64,000 bases of DNA, from positions 2,978-66,977 of the forward strand of contig CAVOFY010000006.1 in the NCBI GenBank assembly GCA_963695125.1, given 5' to 3'. How positions within the stretch are numbered: position 1 is the first letter of the stretch; every line of letters begins with the position of its first letter. Positions 21,518 through 31,434 of the stretch are shown one piece after another. The translations under genes were made by a program, and so were the position numbers. The DNA comes from an uncultured Actinomycetota bacterium (GTDB lineage Bacteria; Actinomycetota; Actinomycetes; Actinomycetales; Microbacteriaceae). Below the pieces are notes generated by a model. It searched no databases, was not told where the DNA came from, and was given only the letters and a program-made list of their open reading frames with translations.

Positions 21518-22558
21518 CTACTCGAACGACAGTCCGATGAAATCAGACACGTTGGCCTTGGTCACCACGGGTGCGTCCAGGACGACGCGGTTCGGCACGC
21601 TCGGCGTGACGAGGTCGCTCATCGTCTTGCCCTGCACGAGCAGCCGCGCCAGCGCGATGCCGTCGGCTGCCTGGGTCGACGGGTAGATGACCGTCGCCTT
21701 GAGCACCGTGTCATCCGCCTCGATGGCCTCCATCGCGCTGCGGCTTCCTGCGCCGCCCATCATGAAGAACTCGTCGCGACCGGCCGCGTCGATCGCCGCG
21801 AGCACGCCGATGCCCTGGTCGTCGTCGTGGTTCCAGATGGCATCGATCTCGGGGTTGGCCGCGAGCAGCTGCGACGCCGCCGCCTCGCCGCCGGCAACGG
21901 TGAAGTCCGCCGCGACACGCGCGTCGACCTCGAGACCGCAGTCCTCGAGTGCGTCCTTGAAACCCTGCGAACGATCCTGGGTGAGCGGGAGCGAGTCGAT
22001 GCCGGCGATCTCGGCGACGAAGCCCTCGCCGCCGAGCTGCTCGCAGATATACGTGCCGGCGCTGACACCCATGCCGTAGTTGTCGCCCAGCACTGTGGTG
22101 CGGGCCGCGAACGGGCTCGAGAACTCGCGGTCGACGTTGATGACGGGGATGCCCGCCTCCATCGCCTCGATCGCGATCTCGGTGAGCGCGGCGCCGTCGG
22201 TCGGCAGGAGCACGATGGCGTCGACGCCCTCGTTGATGAACGTCTCGACGGCCGCGATCTGTGCGATCGGGTCGTTCGTGCCCTCGGCGACCTTCAGCTC
22301 GACGTCGCCGAAGCTGTCAGCGGCCGCCTGCGCGCCCGAGTTGATGGCGCCGAGCCAGCCGTGATCGGCTGCAGGCCCCGAGAAGCCGATCACGACCGTG
22401 TCGCCCTCGGCTGCGTTCTCCTCGTCCGTCGTGCCCTGGTCGACGACGTCACCTTCGTCTGCTCCGCCGCCGGTGCAGCCCGCGAGAAGTCCGATGGCGG
22501 CGACGACGGCGACGCCGGTGAGCACGAGCCGCGAGCGCGCCTTCATATGTGAGCGCAT
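21518..22558 (-). CDS. Sugar ABC transporter substrate-binding lipoprotein (RbsB-like)
   Basis: Lipobox LLAGC; PAADHGW, VINVDR, WNHDDD. Confidence 0.9.
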   Translation of the reverse strand: MRSHMKARSRLVLTGVAVVAAIGLLAGCTGGGADEGDVVDQGTTDEENAAEGDTVVIGFSGPAADHGWLGAINSGAQAAADSFGDVELKVAEGTNDPIAQIAAVETFINEGVDAIVLLPTDGAALTEIAIEAMEAGIPVINVDREFSSPFAARTTVLGDNYGMGVSAGTYICEQLGGEGFVAEIAGIDSLPLTQDRSQGFKDALEDCGLEVDARVAADFTVAGGEAAASQLLAANPEIDAIWNHDDDQGIGVLAAIDAAGRDEFFMMGGAGSRSAMEAIEADDTVLKATVIYPSTQAADGIALARLLVQGKTMSDLVTPSVPNRVVLDAPVVTKANVSDFIGLSFE

Positions 22559-22825
22559 GTGATTCCTCCTTGAATGTGATGCAGTCAGATCCACGCGATC
22601 CGCGGGAGCGACGCTGCGCACACTCCGGCCATCCACGCTGATGCGATCACCGTAGCAGAAGTAATTCGCACTGTGGCATCTTTTGTTTTCCTCGCGGCGA
22701 AAGTAGCCCGGGCTGTTTTCCTCATCACGTATGCGACTGATACGTGGGCGGAGGCTCCTGCGAGCATCCCAGTGTCGCGAAAGAGGCTCTCGTTTCCACC
22801 CCGGGGGACGTGTTATGTTCAGCGA

Positions 22826-24346
22826 ATGATCAAAGATGACCATGAGTCGGCATTACTCGTCGTCCGAGGAGTGACGAAGGCGTTCGCGGGTGTCCGTGCG
22901 CTCCGCGGGGTCGATCTCGAGGTCCGCGCCGGCGAGGTGCACTGCGTGCTCGGCCAGAACGGCGCGGGCAAGTCGACGCTCATCAAGACGCTCGCGGGGG
23001 TCCACCGCCCCGACGAGGGCGAGATCGTCTGGCAGGGAGAGCGGGTCGACATCCCGAACCCGGATTCGGCGATCCGGCTCGGCATCGCCACGATGTATCA
23101 GGAGCTGGACGTCGTGGACGGCCTGACGATCGCCGAGAACATCTTCCTCGGCCACGAGATCGCCCGCGGCGGGTTCACCGCGCGCTCGCAAGCGGCCAAG
23201 CAGACACGCGAGCTGCTGCGGCGACTCGGCCATGCGAACCTGTCACCGAACACCGAGGTCGGCCAGCTGAGCGCCGCGAACAAGCAGATCGTGAGTATGG
23301 CGAGGGCGCTCTCGCACGACATCAAGCTCATCATCATGGACGAGCCCTCGGCCGTCCTCGACACGGAGGAGGTCAAGAACCTCTTCCACGTCGTGCGCGA
23401 GCTCACGGCGGAGGGCATCGCCGTCGTCTACATCACGCACCGTCTCGAAGAGATCCGCCAGATCGGCGACCGCATCACGGTGCTGAAGGACGGCCGTACG
23501 ACCGCCACCGGACTCGCTGTCGCCGACACCCCGACCGCCGAGCTCATCCGCCTCATGACCGGTCGGGACGTCGCCAACGTCTTCCCACCCCCCACAGCCG
23601 TCCCGCCCGACGCTCCGATCGTCCTCGCTGTCGATGGGCTGGGCCTGGGAGGTGTGTTCGACGATGTCTCGTTCCAGGTGCGAGCCGGTGAGATCGTCGG
23701 CCTCGCCGGGCTCGTCGGATCGGGGCGCTCCGAGATCCTCGAGACCGTCTACGGCGCACGCAAGGCGACGGCCGGCTCCGTGCGGGTCGGCGGGAAGAGC
23801 CTGCGCCGCGGGTCTGTCGTCGCCGCGGTCCGTGCGGGCATCGGCCTGTCGCCCGAGGAGCGGAAGAGTCAGGGCCTCGTGCTGGATGAGCCGATCTTCG
23901 TCAATGTGACGCTCTCGTCGATGTCGCGCTTCGCCAAGGCCGGATTCCTCGACGAGCGCGCCGAGCGCAAGGCCACCCGCGAGCAGATCGAGGCACTCGA
24001 GCTGCGTCCGGCCGACCCCGGCCGCCCGGCCATGACGCTGTCGGGCGGCAATCAGCAGAAGATCCTCCTCGCCCGCTGGCTCGTCCACGGAACGCGCGTG
24101 CTCCTGCTCGACGAACCCACCCGCGGTGTCGACGTCGGCGCCCGCAGCGAGATCTACGCGCTGATCCGCAGCCTCGCCGCGGCGGGCAACGCCATCGTCA
24201 TCGTCTCGAGCGAGATCGAAGAGGTGCTCGGTCTCGCCGACACCGTGCTCGTGGTCGCCGACGGCCGCGTCCTCACGACTCTCCCCGCCTCCAGGATCGA
24301 TGAGCACGGTGTGCTCGACCTCGTCATGAAAGGAACCGCCGCGTGA
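22826..24346 (+). CDS. Sugar ABC transporter ATP-binding protein (RbsA-like, two NBDs)
   Basis: GQNGAGKST, MDEPS, LSGGNQQK, DEPTRGVDVGA. Confidence 0.95.
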   Translation: MIKDDHESALLVVRGVTKAFAGVRALRGVDLEVRAGEVHCVLGQNGAGKSTLIKTLAGVHRPDEGEIVWQGERVDIPNPDSAIRLGIATMYQELDVVDGLTIAENIFLGHEIARGGFTARSQAAKQTRELLRRLGHANLSPNTEVGQLSAANKQIVSMARALSHDIKLIIMDEPSAVLDTEEVKNLFHVVRELTAEGIAVVYITHRLEEIRQIGDRITVLKDGRTTATGLAVADTPTAELIRLMTGRDVANVFPPPTAVPPDAPIVLAVDGLGLGGVFDDVSFQVRAGEIVGLAGLVGSGRSEILETVYGARKATAGSVRVGGKSLRRGSVVAAVRAGIGLSPEERKSQGLVLDEPIFVNVTLSSMSRFAKAGFLDERAERKATREQIEALELRPADPGRPAMTLSGGNQQKILLARWLVHGTRVLLLDEPTRGVDVGARSEIYALIRSLAAAGNAIVIVSSEIEEVLGLADTVLVVADGRVLTTLPASRIDEHGVLDLVMKGTAA

Positions 24347-25395
24347 GCGAGCAGACCCGGGCCGAAGCGGCCCCCGAGAACGGCGCACCGCCGACGACCT
24401 CGACGGTGACGACCGCCCCCGAGTCGCGCTGGCGGCGCTTCCTGTCCGGCGGTGTCGGCCGTAATCTCGGCCTCGTCGCGGCACTCCTCGTGCTCGTGAT
24501 CGCGGGCGCGGTGACCGCACCCGACACGTTCCTCACGACGAGCAACATCCTGACGATCCTGCGTGCCGCGTCGATCCTCGGCGTCGTGTCGATCGGCATG
24601 ACGCTGGTGATCACGGCCGGCGGCATCGACCTGTCCGTCGGATCCCTCATCGGCCTCGCCTCCGTCGTCGCGGCGCTCGCCGCGATCCAGGACCTCGCCG
24701 ATCAGCTGCACTGGGTCGTGATGGTCGTCATCGCGCTGGCCGTCGGCGTCGGTGCCGGGCTCATCAACGGCATCGTGATCGCGTACGGCAAGGTCGTGGC
24801 CTTCATGGCGACGCTCGCGATGCTCGTCGCCGCCCGCGGGCTCGCCGAGATCCTCGCCGAGCGTCGCACCCTGCAGATCGGCGACCGCGACTTCATCACC
24901 TTCATGAACCTCGACATCATCGGCGTCGACATGCTGATCTGGATCTTCGCGATCGTCGCGGCCCTCGGCTGGGTCGTGCTCAACAGGACCACCTTCGGTC
25001 GGCGCACCGTCGCGATCGGCGGCAACCGCGAGGCCGCCCGGCTCGCGGGCATCAACGTCAAGCGGCACATCATGTGGCTGTACGCGATCTCGGGCCTCAC
25101 GGCCGGCATCGCGGCGGTCATGTACCTCGGTCGCACGACCGCGGCCACCTCGACGCACGGCACGCTGCTCGAGCTCGACGCGATCGCGGCGGTCGTCGTG
25201 GGTGGAACACTCCTCGCCGGGGGCCGCGGCACGGTCACGGGCACGGTCTTCGGCGTTCTCATCTTCACGACCCTCACCAACGTCTTCGTGCAGAACAACC
25301 TCAACTCGTCGGTGCAGGCCGTCGTGAAGGGCGTCATCATCGTCGTGGCCGTGCTGCTGCAGCAGCGATTCGCAAAGCCGACGGGGCGAAGTTGA
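24343..25395 (+). CDS. Sugar ABC transporter permease (RbsC-like)
   Basis: GGIDLSVG, AIGGNREAARLAGI, ELDAIAAVVVGG. Confidence 0.95.
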   Translation: MSEQTRAEAAPENGAPPTTSTVTTAPESRWRRFLSGGVGRNLGLVAALLVLVIAGAVTAPDTFLTTSNILTILRAASILGVVSIGMTLVITAGGIDLSVGSLIGLASVVAALAAIQDLADQLHWVVMVVIALAVGVGAGLINGIVIAYGKVVAFMATLAMLVAARGLAEILAERRTLQIGDRDFITFMNLDIIGVDMLIWIFAIVAALGWVVLNRTTFGRRTVAIGGNREAARLAGINVKRHIMWLYAISGLTAGIAAVMYLGRTTAATSTHGTLLELDAIAAVVVGGTLLAGGRGTVTGTVFGVLIFTTLTNVFVQNNLNSSVQAVVKGVIIVVAVLLQQRFAKPTGRS

Positions 25396-25400
25396 CGTCT

Positions 25401-25446
25401 GGCGTGGCAGCGAGCACCCTTATGATCGGATGCCTGCTGCCACGCC
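25401..25446 (+). terminator. Stem-loop after the permease gene
   Basis: GGCGTGGCAGC...GCTGCCACGCC 11-bp arms. Confidence 0.55.
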
Positions 25447-25530
25447 GCAACGTCCGTTCAGAAGTCGATCGCCTTCTGAGTGATCGCCGTCCGAACCGTA
25501 GTGAAGTGTGAGAACGTGAGCCTCGAATCG

Positions 25531-26694
25531 ATGACCGGCGCATCCGGGGTGACCCAGCTGTTCCAGCTTCTGCGCGACGGGGTGCCCCGCACGCGTGCGG
25601 AGCTCGCGAAGTCGACAGGACTCGCGCGCTCGACGATCGCCGCTCGGGTCGACGAGCTCATGCGCCTCGGCCTCATCACTCCCATCGCCGAGGGCGTCTC
25701 GACGGGGGGCCGCCCGCCGTCGCTGTTCGCCCTCAATCCGAGCGCGCGGCTCGTTCTCGCGGTCGACATCGGCGCGTCGCATGCGACCCTCGCCGTCACC
25801 GACCTCGCCGGCACGATCCTCGTCGAGCACAGCGAGCCGCTGGATGTGCGCCTCGGGCCCGAGCCCGTGCTCACATGGACCGTCGAGAACGCCGAAGCGC
25901 TCCTGCAGCGGATCGGCCGCACGGGCCGCGATCTCGCGGCGATCGGGATCGGCATCCCGGGACCCGTCGAGCATTCCACCGGTCAGCCCGTCAACCCGCC
26001 CATCATGCCCGGCTGGGATCGCTTCGACGTGCCGGGCTGGGTGCGCCAGCACCTCGACGTGCCCGTCCTGGTCGACAACGACGTCAACATCATGGCGCTC
26101 GGAGAGCGCGCGGTCGCCTACCCCGGCGTCGACCACCTCATGTTCGTCAAGATCGCGACCGGCATCGGCGCCGGCGTCATCTCGGGCGGTGCGCTGCAGC
26201 GCGGCGCCCAGGGCATCGCCGGAGACATCGGACACGTGCGCGTCGCACGCGGCGCGGGTGTGCCGTGCCACTGCGGCAACACGGGATGCCTCGAGGCGCT
26301 CGCCTCCGGCCCCGCGATCGCCCGAGCGCTTCGTGCACAGGGGGTGGATGCCGAAAGCAGCGCCGATGTCATCGACCTCGTCAAGCGCGGCAACATCGAT
26401 GCGATCCAGGCCGTGCGCCAGGCAGGACGCGACATCGGAGAGGTGCTCACGGCCTGCGTGAGCCTCATCAATCCGTCGGTGATCGCGATCGGCGGGTCGA
26501 TGGCGCGCGTCGGCGAGCACCTCATCGCCGGTGTCCGCGAGGTCGTCTACACCCGCTCGATCCCACTCGCGACCGAGCACCTCGCGATCGTGCAGTCGGC
26601 GGCGGCGCACAACGCCGCCGTGCTCGGGGCGAGCATGCTCGCGATCGAGCATGCCCTCTCGCCCGAGAGCCTCACCGCCTTCGTCTCGGCGTGA
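25531..26694 (+). CDS. ROK-family transcriptional regulator
   Basis: N-terminal HTH, STGGRP, VDNDVN, GDIGH, CHCGNTGCLE. Confidence 0.93.
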   Translation: MTGASGVTQLFQLLRDGVPRTRAELAKSTGLARSTIAARVDELMRLGLITPIAEGVSTGGRPPSLFALNPSARLVLAVDIGASHATLAVTDLAGTILVEHSEPLDVRLGPEPVLTWTVENAEALLQRIGRTGRDLAAIGIGIPGPVEHSTGQPVNPPIMPGWDRFDVPGWVRQHLDVPVLVDNDVNIMALGERAVAYPGVDHLMFVKIATGIGAGVISGGALQRGAQGIAGDIGHVRVARGAGVPCHCGNTGCLEALASGPAIARALRAQGVDAESSADVIDLVKRGNIDAIQAVRQAGRDIGEVLTACVSLINPSVIAIGGSMARVGEHLIAGVREVVYTRSIPLATEHLAIVQSAAAHNAAVLGASMLAIEHALSPESLTAFVSA

Positions 26695-26713
26695 CCGGCT
26701 CCCGTCGTCAGAG

Positions 26714-27253
26714 TCAGCTCAGCCGCAGCTCGTGGATGTCGCTGCTCGGCGTCTGTCCGTTGAGCTCGAGGTAGAGGTGGCGCTCGGTGACCGACACGGT
26801 CATCGTGTTGCGGCGCTCGAGGAGGCGCGCGGCCTCGTCGATGAAGCCGGGATCGAAGCTGTAGAGCACGATCTCGTCGGCCCGGTGGATGCGCTTGCCC
26901 GCCCACGCGGAGGCGACCTTCGCGGGGTCGCGGTGCGTGTAGACGACGGTGCGCGCGGCCTGCCTGCTGCCCAGGTGCAGTCGCTCGGCATCGGGCGCGC
27001 CGACTTCGATCCATGCCGTGATGCTCCCGGTCAGGTCGCGCACGAGCACGGCCGGCTCGTCGGTCGCCGATATGCCCTCGCTGAAGGCGATGCCCTCGGC
27101 GCACTCGAGGCAGTAGGCGAGCACGCGGGTGAGCATGAAGGCGTCGGTCTCGGAGGGATGCCGCGCAACGCGCAGCGAGAGATCCTCGTACACCCCGCGG
27201 TCGACGTCGGCCAACGCGACCGCGAACGTGTGGATGGTTGCGCCGACTGCCAT
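26714..27253 (-). CDS. yaeQ: YaeQ-family protein
   Basis: LADVDRGVY, ARHPSET, RVLAYCL, WIEVGAPD. Confidence 0.9.
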   Translation of the reverse strand: MAVGATIHTFAVALADVDRGVYEDLSLRVARHPSETDAFMLTRVLAYCLECAEGIAFSEGISATDEPAVLVRDLTGSITAWIEVGAPDAERLHLGSRQAARTVVYTHRDPAKVASAWAGKRIHRADEIVLYSFDPGFIDEAARLLERRNTMTVSVTERHLYLELNGQTPSSDIHELRLS

Positions 27254-27290
27254 AACGCTCGAGCCTACGCGCCGGTTCGCGCCCCCGGGA

Positions 27291-28307
27291 TCAGGGCAGA
27301 GGGACCTCGCTCGCCACCTTGGAATACTCTCGCTGCAGCCAGTCGCCGAACAGGCGCAGGCTCAGGCACGAATCCAGATCGCGGCACTTCGCCGTCACGG
27401 GGTCCTGCACGGCGTAGGCCGAGAATGCCGCGACCTTGAGCGCGAGCTCGTCCCCTTCGACGTTTACCGGGTATCCCGAGGTCTGGTAGCCGATCGCGAA
27501 GGTGACGCGCTCCGGGTCGTAGCCCATGCTCCGCCATGACGAGCGGGCGAACGATGCGACGGTCTGGTGGTCGGAATGGTCGCCGCTCGAGAGATCGGCG
27601 GCCTCGTGCGGCATCCCCGTCAGGACGGCGGTGGGCCGCGCCTCACTCAGAACCTCGATGAGCGAGTGCACGATGTCGTCGCGCGTGAGCTGCTCCGGCC
27701 CGTCGACGTCGCGGATGGTCGGAATCGTGCCCGCGGCGAGCTTCGCGAGGCTCTCGTAGCCCATGCTCGCGAAGCCGCTGCCGTCGATGTTGCCGTCGAC
27801 GAGACGGAACGACATGAGGGTCAGCATCGGGTCGTGCAGGGGCTTCCACTCCTCGACCGTCACGCCCGTGCGCAGCACGTTCGTCGATTCCTTCCAGTTG
27901 CCGTCGTAACCGCGGAGCGCATCGTAGGCATGACGGATGCCGAGCTCCCGCCCCTGCGAGTACGCGACGCCCCGACCCGCATCGCCCGCCGAGAGGTAGG
28001 CGACGGTGACGCACCAGCCTTCGTTGAGCGCCTGATTGACACGGCTGTGCCCGAAGATGAGGTCGTCGTCGTAGTGTGCCCAGATAGCGACCAGCGTGCC
28101 CTTCTCGCACAGGTGGTGCACGGTCTGGTTCTCGGGCAGGTACGAGGGCCGGACGAGCGGCACAGGGTCGTGTGTCACGACCGTCGGGGCCGGGGTCGGC
28201 GACGCGTCGGCTGCCGGGACGGCGGGATACGCGCCGCACGATGACAGCAGCGCGAGCACGGCAAGGATCCCCATGGCCGCGGCTGCGCGGCCGAGTCGTG
28301 CAGGCAT
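27291..28307 (-). CDS. PIG-L/LmbE-family deacetylase, predicted lipoprotein
   Basis: Lipobox LLSSC; AHYDDD, YLSAGD, DHSDH motifs. Confidence 0.82.
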   Translation of the reverse strand: MPARLGRAAAAMGILAVLALLSSCGAYPAVPAADASPTPAPTVVTHDPVPLVRPSYLPENQTVHHLCEKGTLVAIWAHYDDDLIFGHSRVNQALNEGWCVTVAYLSAGDAGRGVAYSQGRELGIRHAYDALRGYDGNWKESTNVLRTGVTVEEWKPLHDPMLTLMSFRLVDGNIDGSGFASMGYESLAKLAAGTIPTIRDVDGPEQLTRDDIVHSLIEVLSEARPTAVLTGMPHEAADLSSGDHSDHQTVASFARSSWRSMGYDPERVTFAIGYQTSGYPVNVEGDELALKVAAFSAYAVQDPVTAKCRDLDSCLSLRLFGDWLQREYSKVASEVPLP

Positions 28308-28410
28308 CGACGTCCCCCTCGAATGCTCGTCGGTGTCGAAGTTGATCATGGCAGTTCGGGACCGGCGGCTGCCACTCGCAGTTTCGAGGGCGCGAACCTA
28401 GGCTGTCGAC

Positions 28411-29055
28411 ATGAGCGAGGCGCGCAAGACTCTGCGCATCCAGCCCGACACGCGACAGCCCGCGCCGGAGCTCGGTCGACGAGCCACCCAGAAGATCGAC
28501 TCGATCCTCGATGCAGCCCTCCAGGTCTTCACCGAGACCGGATACGCCGGCGCGACGATCGACGCCATCGCGCAGCGCGGCGGCATCTCCCGCGCGGGCA
28601 TCTACACCTACTTCAGATCCAAGCGCGACCTGCTGATCGCACTCGGCGCGCGGGGCATCACGGAGCTCCAGGCGCTGGCCGCCCGGTTCAGCGAGATCGA
28701 CGTCCACGACCGCGACGCGGTTCGCTCATGGACGAGCGACATCCTCGACTTCTACGCGCGCGACTCGACGCTGTCGTTCATCTGGCGCGACGCATCGCGC
28801 TCGGACGAGGCGCTGCGCACCGAAGGGCTCTTCCAGATGCGATCGGTCTGGCGCTCCATCGGATCCCCCGTGACGTCTGCGGACGCCTCGGAGGATCGGG
28901 TCCTGATCCGCGGCATGATCATCGACTCCGCTGTCGAGCTCGCGTGGTACTTCTCCGAGCGCATGGGCGCCGACTTCGACCGGGCCGTCCTCGCGGACGA
29001 GCTGGCCGCCCTCATCACAGGCATTTCGGGCCAGGAGCCGTCCGCTGCGCCGTGA
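28411..29055 (+). CDS. TetR-family regulator
   Basis: GYAGATIDAIAQRGGISRAGIYTYFRSK. Confidence 0.92.
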   Translation: MSEARKTLRIQPDTRQPAPELGRRATQKIDSILDAALQVFTETGYAGATIDAIAQRGGISRAGIYTYFRSKRDLLIALGARGITELQALAARFSEIDVHDRDAVRSWTSDILDFYARDSTLSFIWRDASRSDEALRTEGLFQMRSVWRSIGSPVTSADASEDRVLIRGMIIDSAVELAWYFSERMGADFDRAVLADELAALITGISGQEPSAAP

Positions 29056-29061
29056 CGCCGT

Positions 29062-30105
29062 TCAGGGCACGATGACGGCGCGGCCCGCCAGGCTCCCCTG
29101 CTCCAGCCGGCGGTACGCCTCAGGCGCCTCCTCGAGCGCGAACCGCTCGACCTCGATCACCACGCGGCCTTCGCGTGCAAGCGCGATCACCTCGCGGAGT
29201 TCGGGACGACTCCCCCAGTAGGGCACTCGCACCGCGGCATCGTACGCGACGCGGCCGAACCCCACGAGCGCGGCACCGCCGCCGATGCCGACGAGGCCGA
29301 TCTCGGCTTCGACGGACGCCGCCCGCGTCGCGAGGTCGACCGTCGCCTGCACACCGACGAAGTCCAGGACGGCCTGGGCGCCGATGCCGTCCGTCAGATC
29401 CAGCACCCTGGCGAGGGTCTCGTCATCGGCGTCCCATGCCTCCTCCGCACCGAGCCTGAGTGCAAGCTCCCGCTTGGTCGGGTTCGTGTCGACCGCGACG
29501 ACCGTCGCGGTCGAGAGCGCCTCGAGGATCTGCACCGCGACGTGGCCGAGGCCGCCGACGCCGATCACGAGCGCGACTGCGCCCTCGCCTGCGAGCGCCG
29601 GGAGGGCTCGGGCCACCGCGTGATAGGCCGTGAGACCCGCGTCGGTCAGAGCGACCGCCTGCACCGGGTCTAGGGCGCCGAGCGCGAAGAGGTGCCGGAC
29701 GTCCTGGACGATCATGAACTCCGCCATCGCGCCAGGCGCTCCGAGGCCGGGTGGGCGGATGCCCTCGCGGCGAGCCCTGGGGCAGTAGTTCTCCTTGCCT
29801 TCCAGGCACAGGCGGCACGCACCGCATCCCCAGGCCGCGTACACGAGGACGTGATCGCCGATGACGGCCGGATCGACCCCCTCGCCCACCTCGACGACTT
29901 CGCCCGCCGCCTCGTGGCCGAGGGTCAGGGGAAGCGGATAGTCGCGGAGGTACTGCCGCTCGTTCAAGCCCATGATGCCGAGGTCGGAATGACACGCTCC
30001 GGCGGCCAGAATGCGGATGAGGACCTCGCCCGCGGCCGGGCGGGGACGCGGCACGTCCACCAGCTCGGGGGCCGTGCCGACCTCGCGATACTGCAGCGCG
30101 CGCAT
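29062..30105 (-). CDS. Zn-dependent secondary-alcohol dehydrogenase (MDR family)
   Basis: GACHSD, GHEAAG, CGACRLC..NYC, TDAGLTAYHA, GVGGLG, PYWG. Confidence 0.9.
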   Translation of the reverse strand: MRALQYREVGTAPELVDVPRPRPAAGEVLIRILAAGACHSDLGIMGLNERQYLRDYPLPLTLGHEAAGEVVEVGEGVDPAVIGDHVLVYAAWGCGACRLCLEGKENYCPRARREGIRPPGLGAPGAMAEFMIVQDVRHLFALGALDPVQAVALTDAGLTAYHAVARALPALAGEGAVALVIGVGGLGHVAVQILEALSTATVVAVDTNPTKRELALRLGAEEAWDADDETLARVLDLTDGIGAQAVLDFVGVQATVDLATRAASVEAEIGLVGIGGGAALVGFGRVAYDAAVRVPYWGSRPELREVIALAREGRVVIEVERFALEEAPEAYRRLEQGSLAGRAVIVP

Positions 30106-30142
30106 GAGTGCTCCTCTTCGAGTTCCACCCTCATGGTGCGTC

Positions 30143-30164
30143 AACTTGACATCCATGACAAGTT
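30143..30164. promoter_or_regulatory. Palindromic operator in the ADH / acyl-CoA dehydrogenase divergent gap
   Basis: AACTTGACA-TCCA-TGACAAGTT (1 mismatch), overlapping a perfect TTGACA. Confidence 0.6.
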
Positions 30165-30222
30165 TGGCCGGATACTAGCCAGAGAAGGCTCATCCATGAC
30201 GAGGAGAAGGGACCGGGTGGCG

Positions 30223-31434
30223 ATGACGGCACCTGAACGCACGGCGGAAGAGACTGCGGAGGCCATCCGTGCGTTCATCCGCGAAGAGGTCATCCCTCGC
30301 GAGCGCCCCGGTGTGCATCTCGACGACGAGACGCGCGTCGAGCTCCAGACGGCGGCGCGCCGCGCCGGCGTCTTCGCCCCGATCGCTCCACGGGAGTACG
30401 GCGGACTCGGATTCGAGCTGCCCGACTGGTCTCTCCTCCTCCAGGCGGCGGGGTACTCACCCTGGGGCCCCGCGGCCCTGAACTGCATGGCGCCCGACGA
30501 GGGCAACATCCACATGCTCAACCAGATCGCGACCGACGCTCAGCGTGAGCGGTTCCTCGCGCCGCTGGCACGAGGCGAGGTCCGATCGTGCTTCGGCATG
30601 ACCGAGCCGCATCCGGGGGCCGGTTCCGACCCCGAGGCGCTCCGGACATCGGCGGAGCGCGTCGACGGCGGGTGGCTCATCAACGGCGAGAAGCGTTTCA
30701 GCAGCGGGGCCATCGGCGCGGCTTTCTCGATCGTGATGGCCCGAACACCCGCCGTCGGCGCGCACCCTGCCGGGGCGACGATGCTCCTCGTGGACTTCGC
30801 GCAGCCCGGAGTCACGATCGGCGAGCCCATCCACACGATCGACCGGGCAATCGTCGGCGGCCACCCGCACATGCACTTCAACGACTGCTTCGTGCCCGAC
30901 GACGCCGTCCTCGGCGAGCCGGGTCTGGGCTTCCGCTACGCGCAGGTGCGTCTGGGCCCTGCGCGACTCACGCACTGCATGAGGTGGCTGGGCCTCGCCC
31001 GCCGCTCGCTCGACATCGCGCTGGACCGCGCCGACGACCGCGAGCTGTTCGGGTCGAGACTGGCCGAACTGGGAATCGCGCAGGAGATGATCGCGCAATC
31101 CGTCATCGACATCGAGACCTCGGACGCGATCATCGCCAAGACGGCGCGCGCGCTCGTGGACGACCCCCGCGCGGGAACGGCGCTCTCGTCCGTCGCGAAG
31201 GCGCACGTCGCCGAGGCGGTGTATCGCGTCGTGGACCGCGCGATCCAGCTGTGCGGCGGCGACGGCGTCTCGGACGGGCTCCCGCTCGCGTCCTTCCTCG
31301 CCGAAGTGCGCCCGTTCCGCATCTACGACGGCGCCACAGAGACCCACAAGTGGGCGATCGCCCGCCGCGCCTCGGCCGACCGTCGGCGCGCTCGCGAGGC
31401 CGGTGCGCCGAAGTCCGACACCCTCGCGCGATGA
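30223..31434 (+). CDS. Acyl-CoA dehydrogenase, ACAD10/11 (LvaC)-like
   Basis: NCMAPDEGN, FGMTEP..GAGSD, AQVRLGPARLTHCMR, RIYDGATETH. Confidence 0.9.
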   Translation: MTAPERTAEETAEAIRAFIREEVIPRERPGVHLDDETRVELQTAARRAGVFAPIAPREYGGLGFELPDWSLLLQAAGYSPWGPAALNCMAPDEGNIHMLNQIATDAQRERFLAPLARGEVRSCFGMTEPHPGAGSDPEALRTSAERVDGGWLINGEKRFSSGAIGAAFSIVMARTPAVGAHPAGATMLLVDFAQPGVTIGEPIHTIDRAIVGGHPHMHFNDCFVPDDAVLGEPGLGFRYAQVRLGPARLTHCMRWLGLARRSLDIALDRADDRELFGSRLAELGIAQEMIAQSVIDIETSDAIIAKTARALVDDPRAGTALSSVAKAHVAEAVYRVVDRAIQLCGGDGVSDGLPLASFLAEVRPFRIYDGATETHKWAIARRASADRRRAREAGAPKSDTLAR

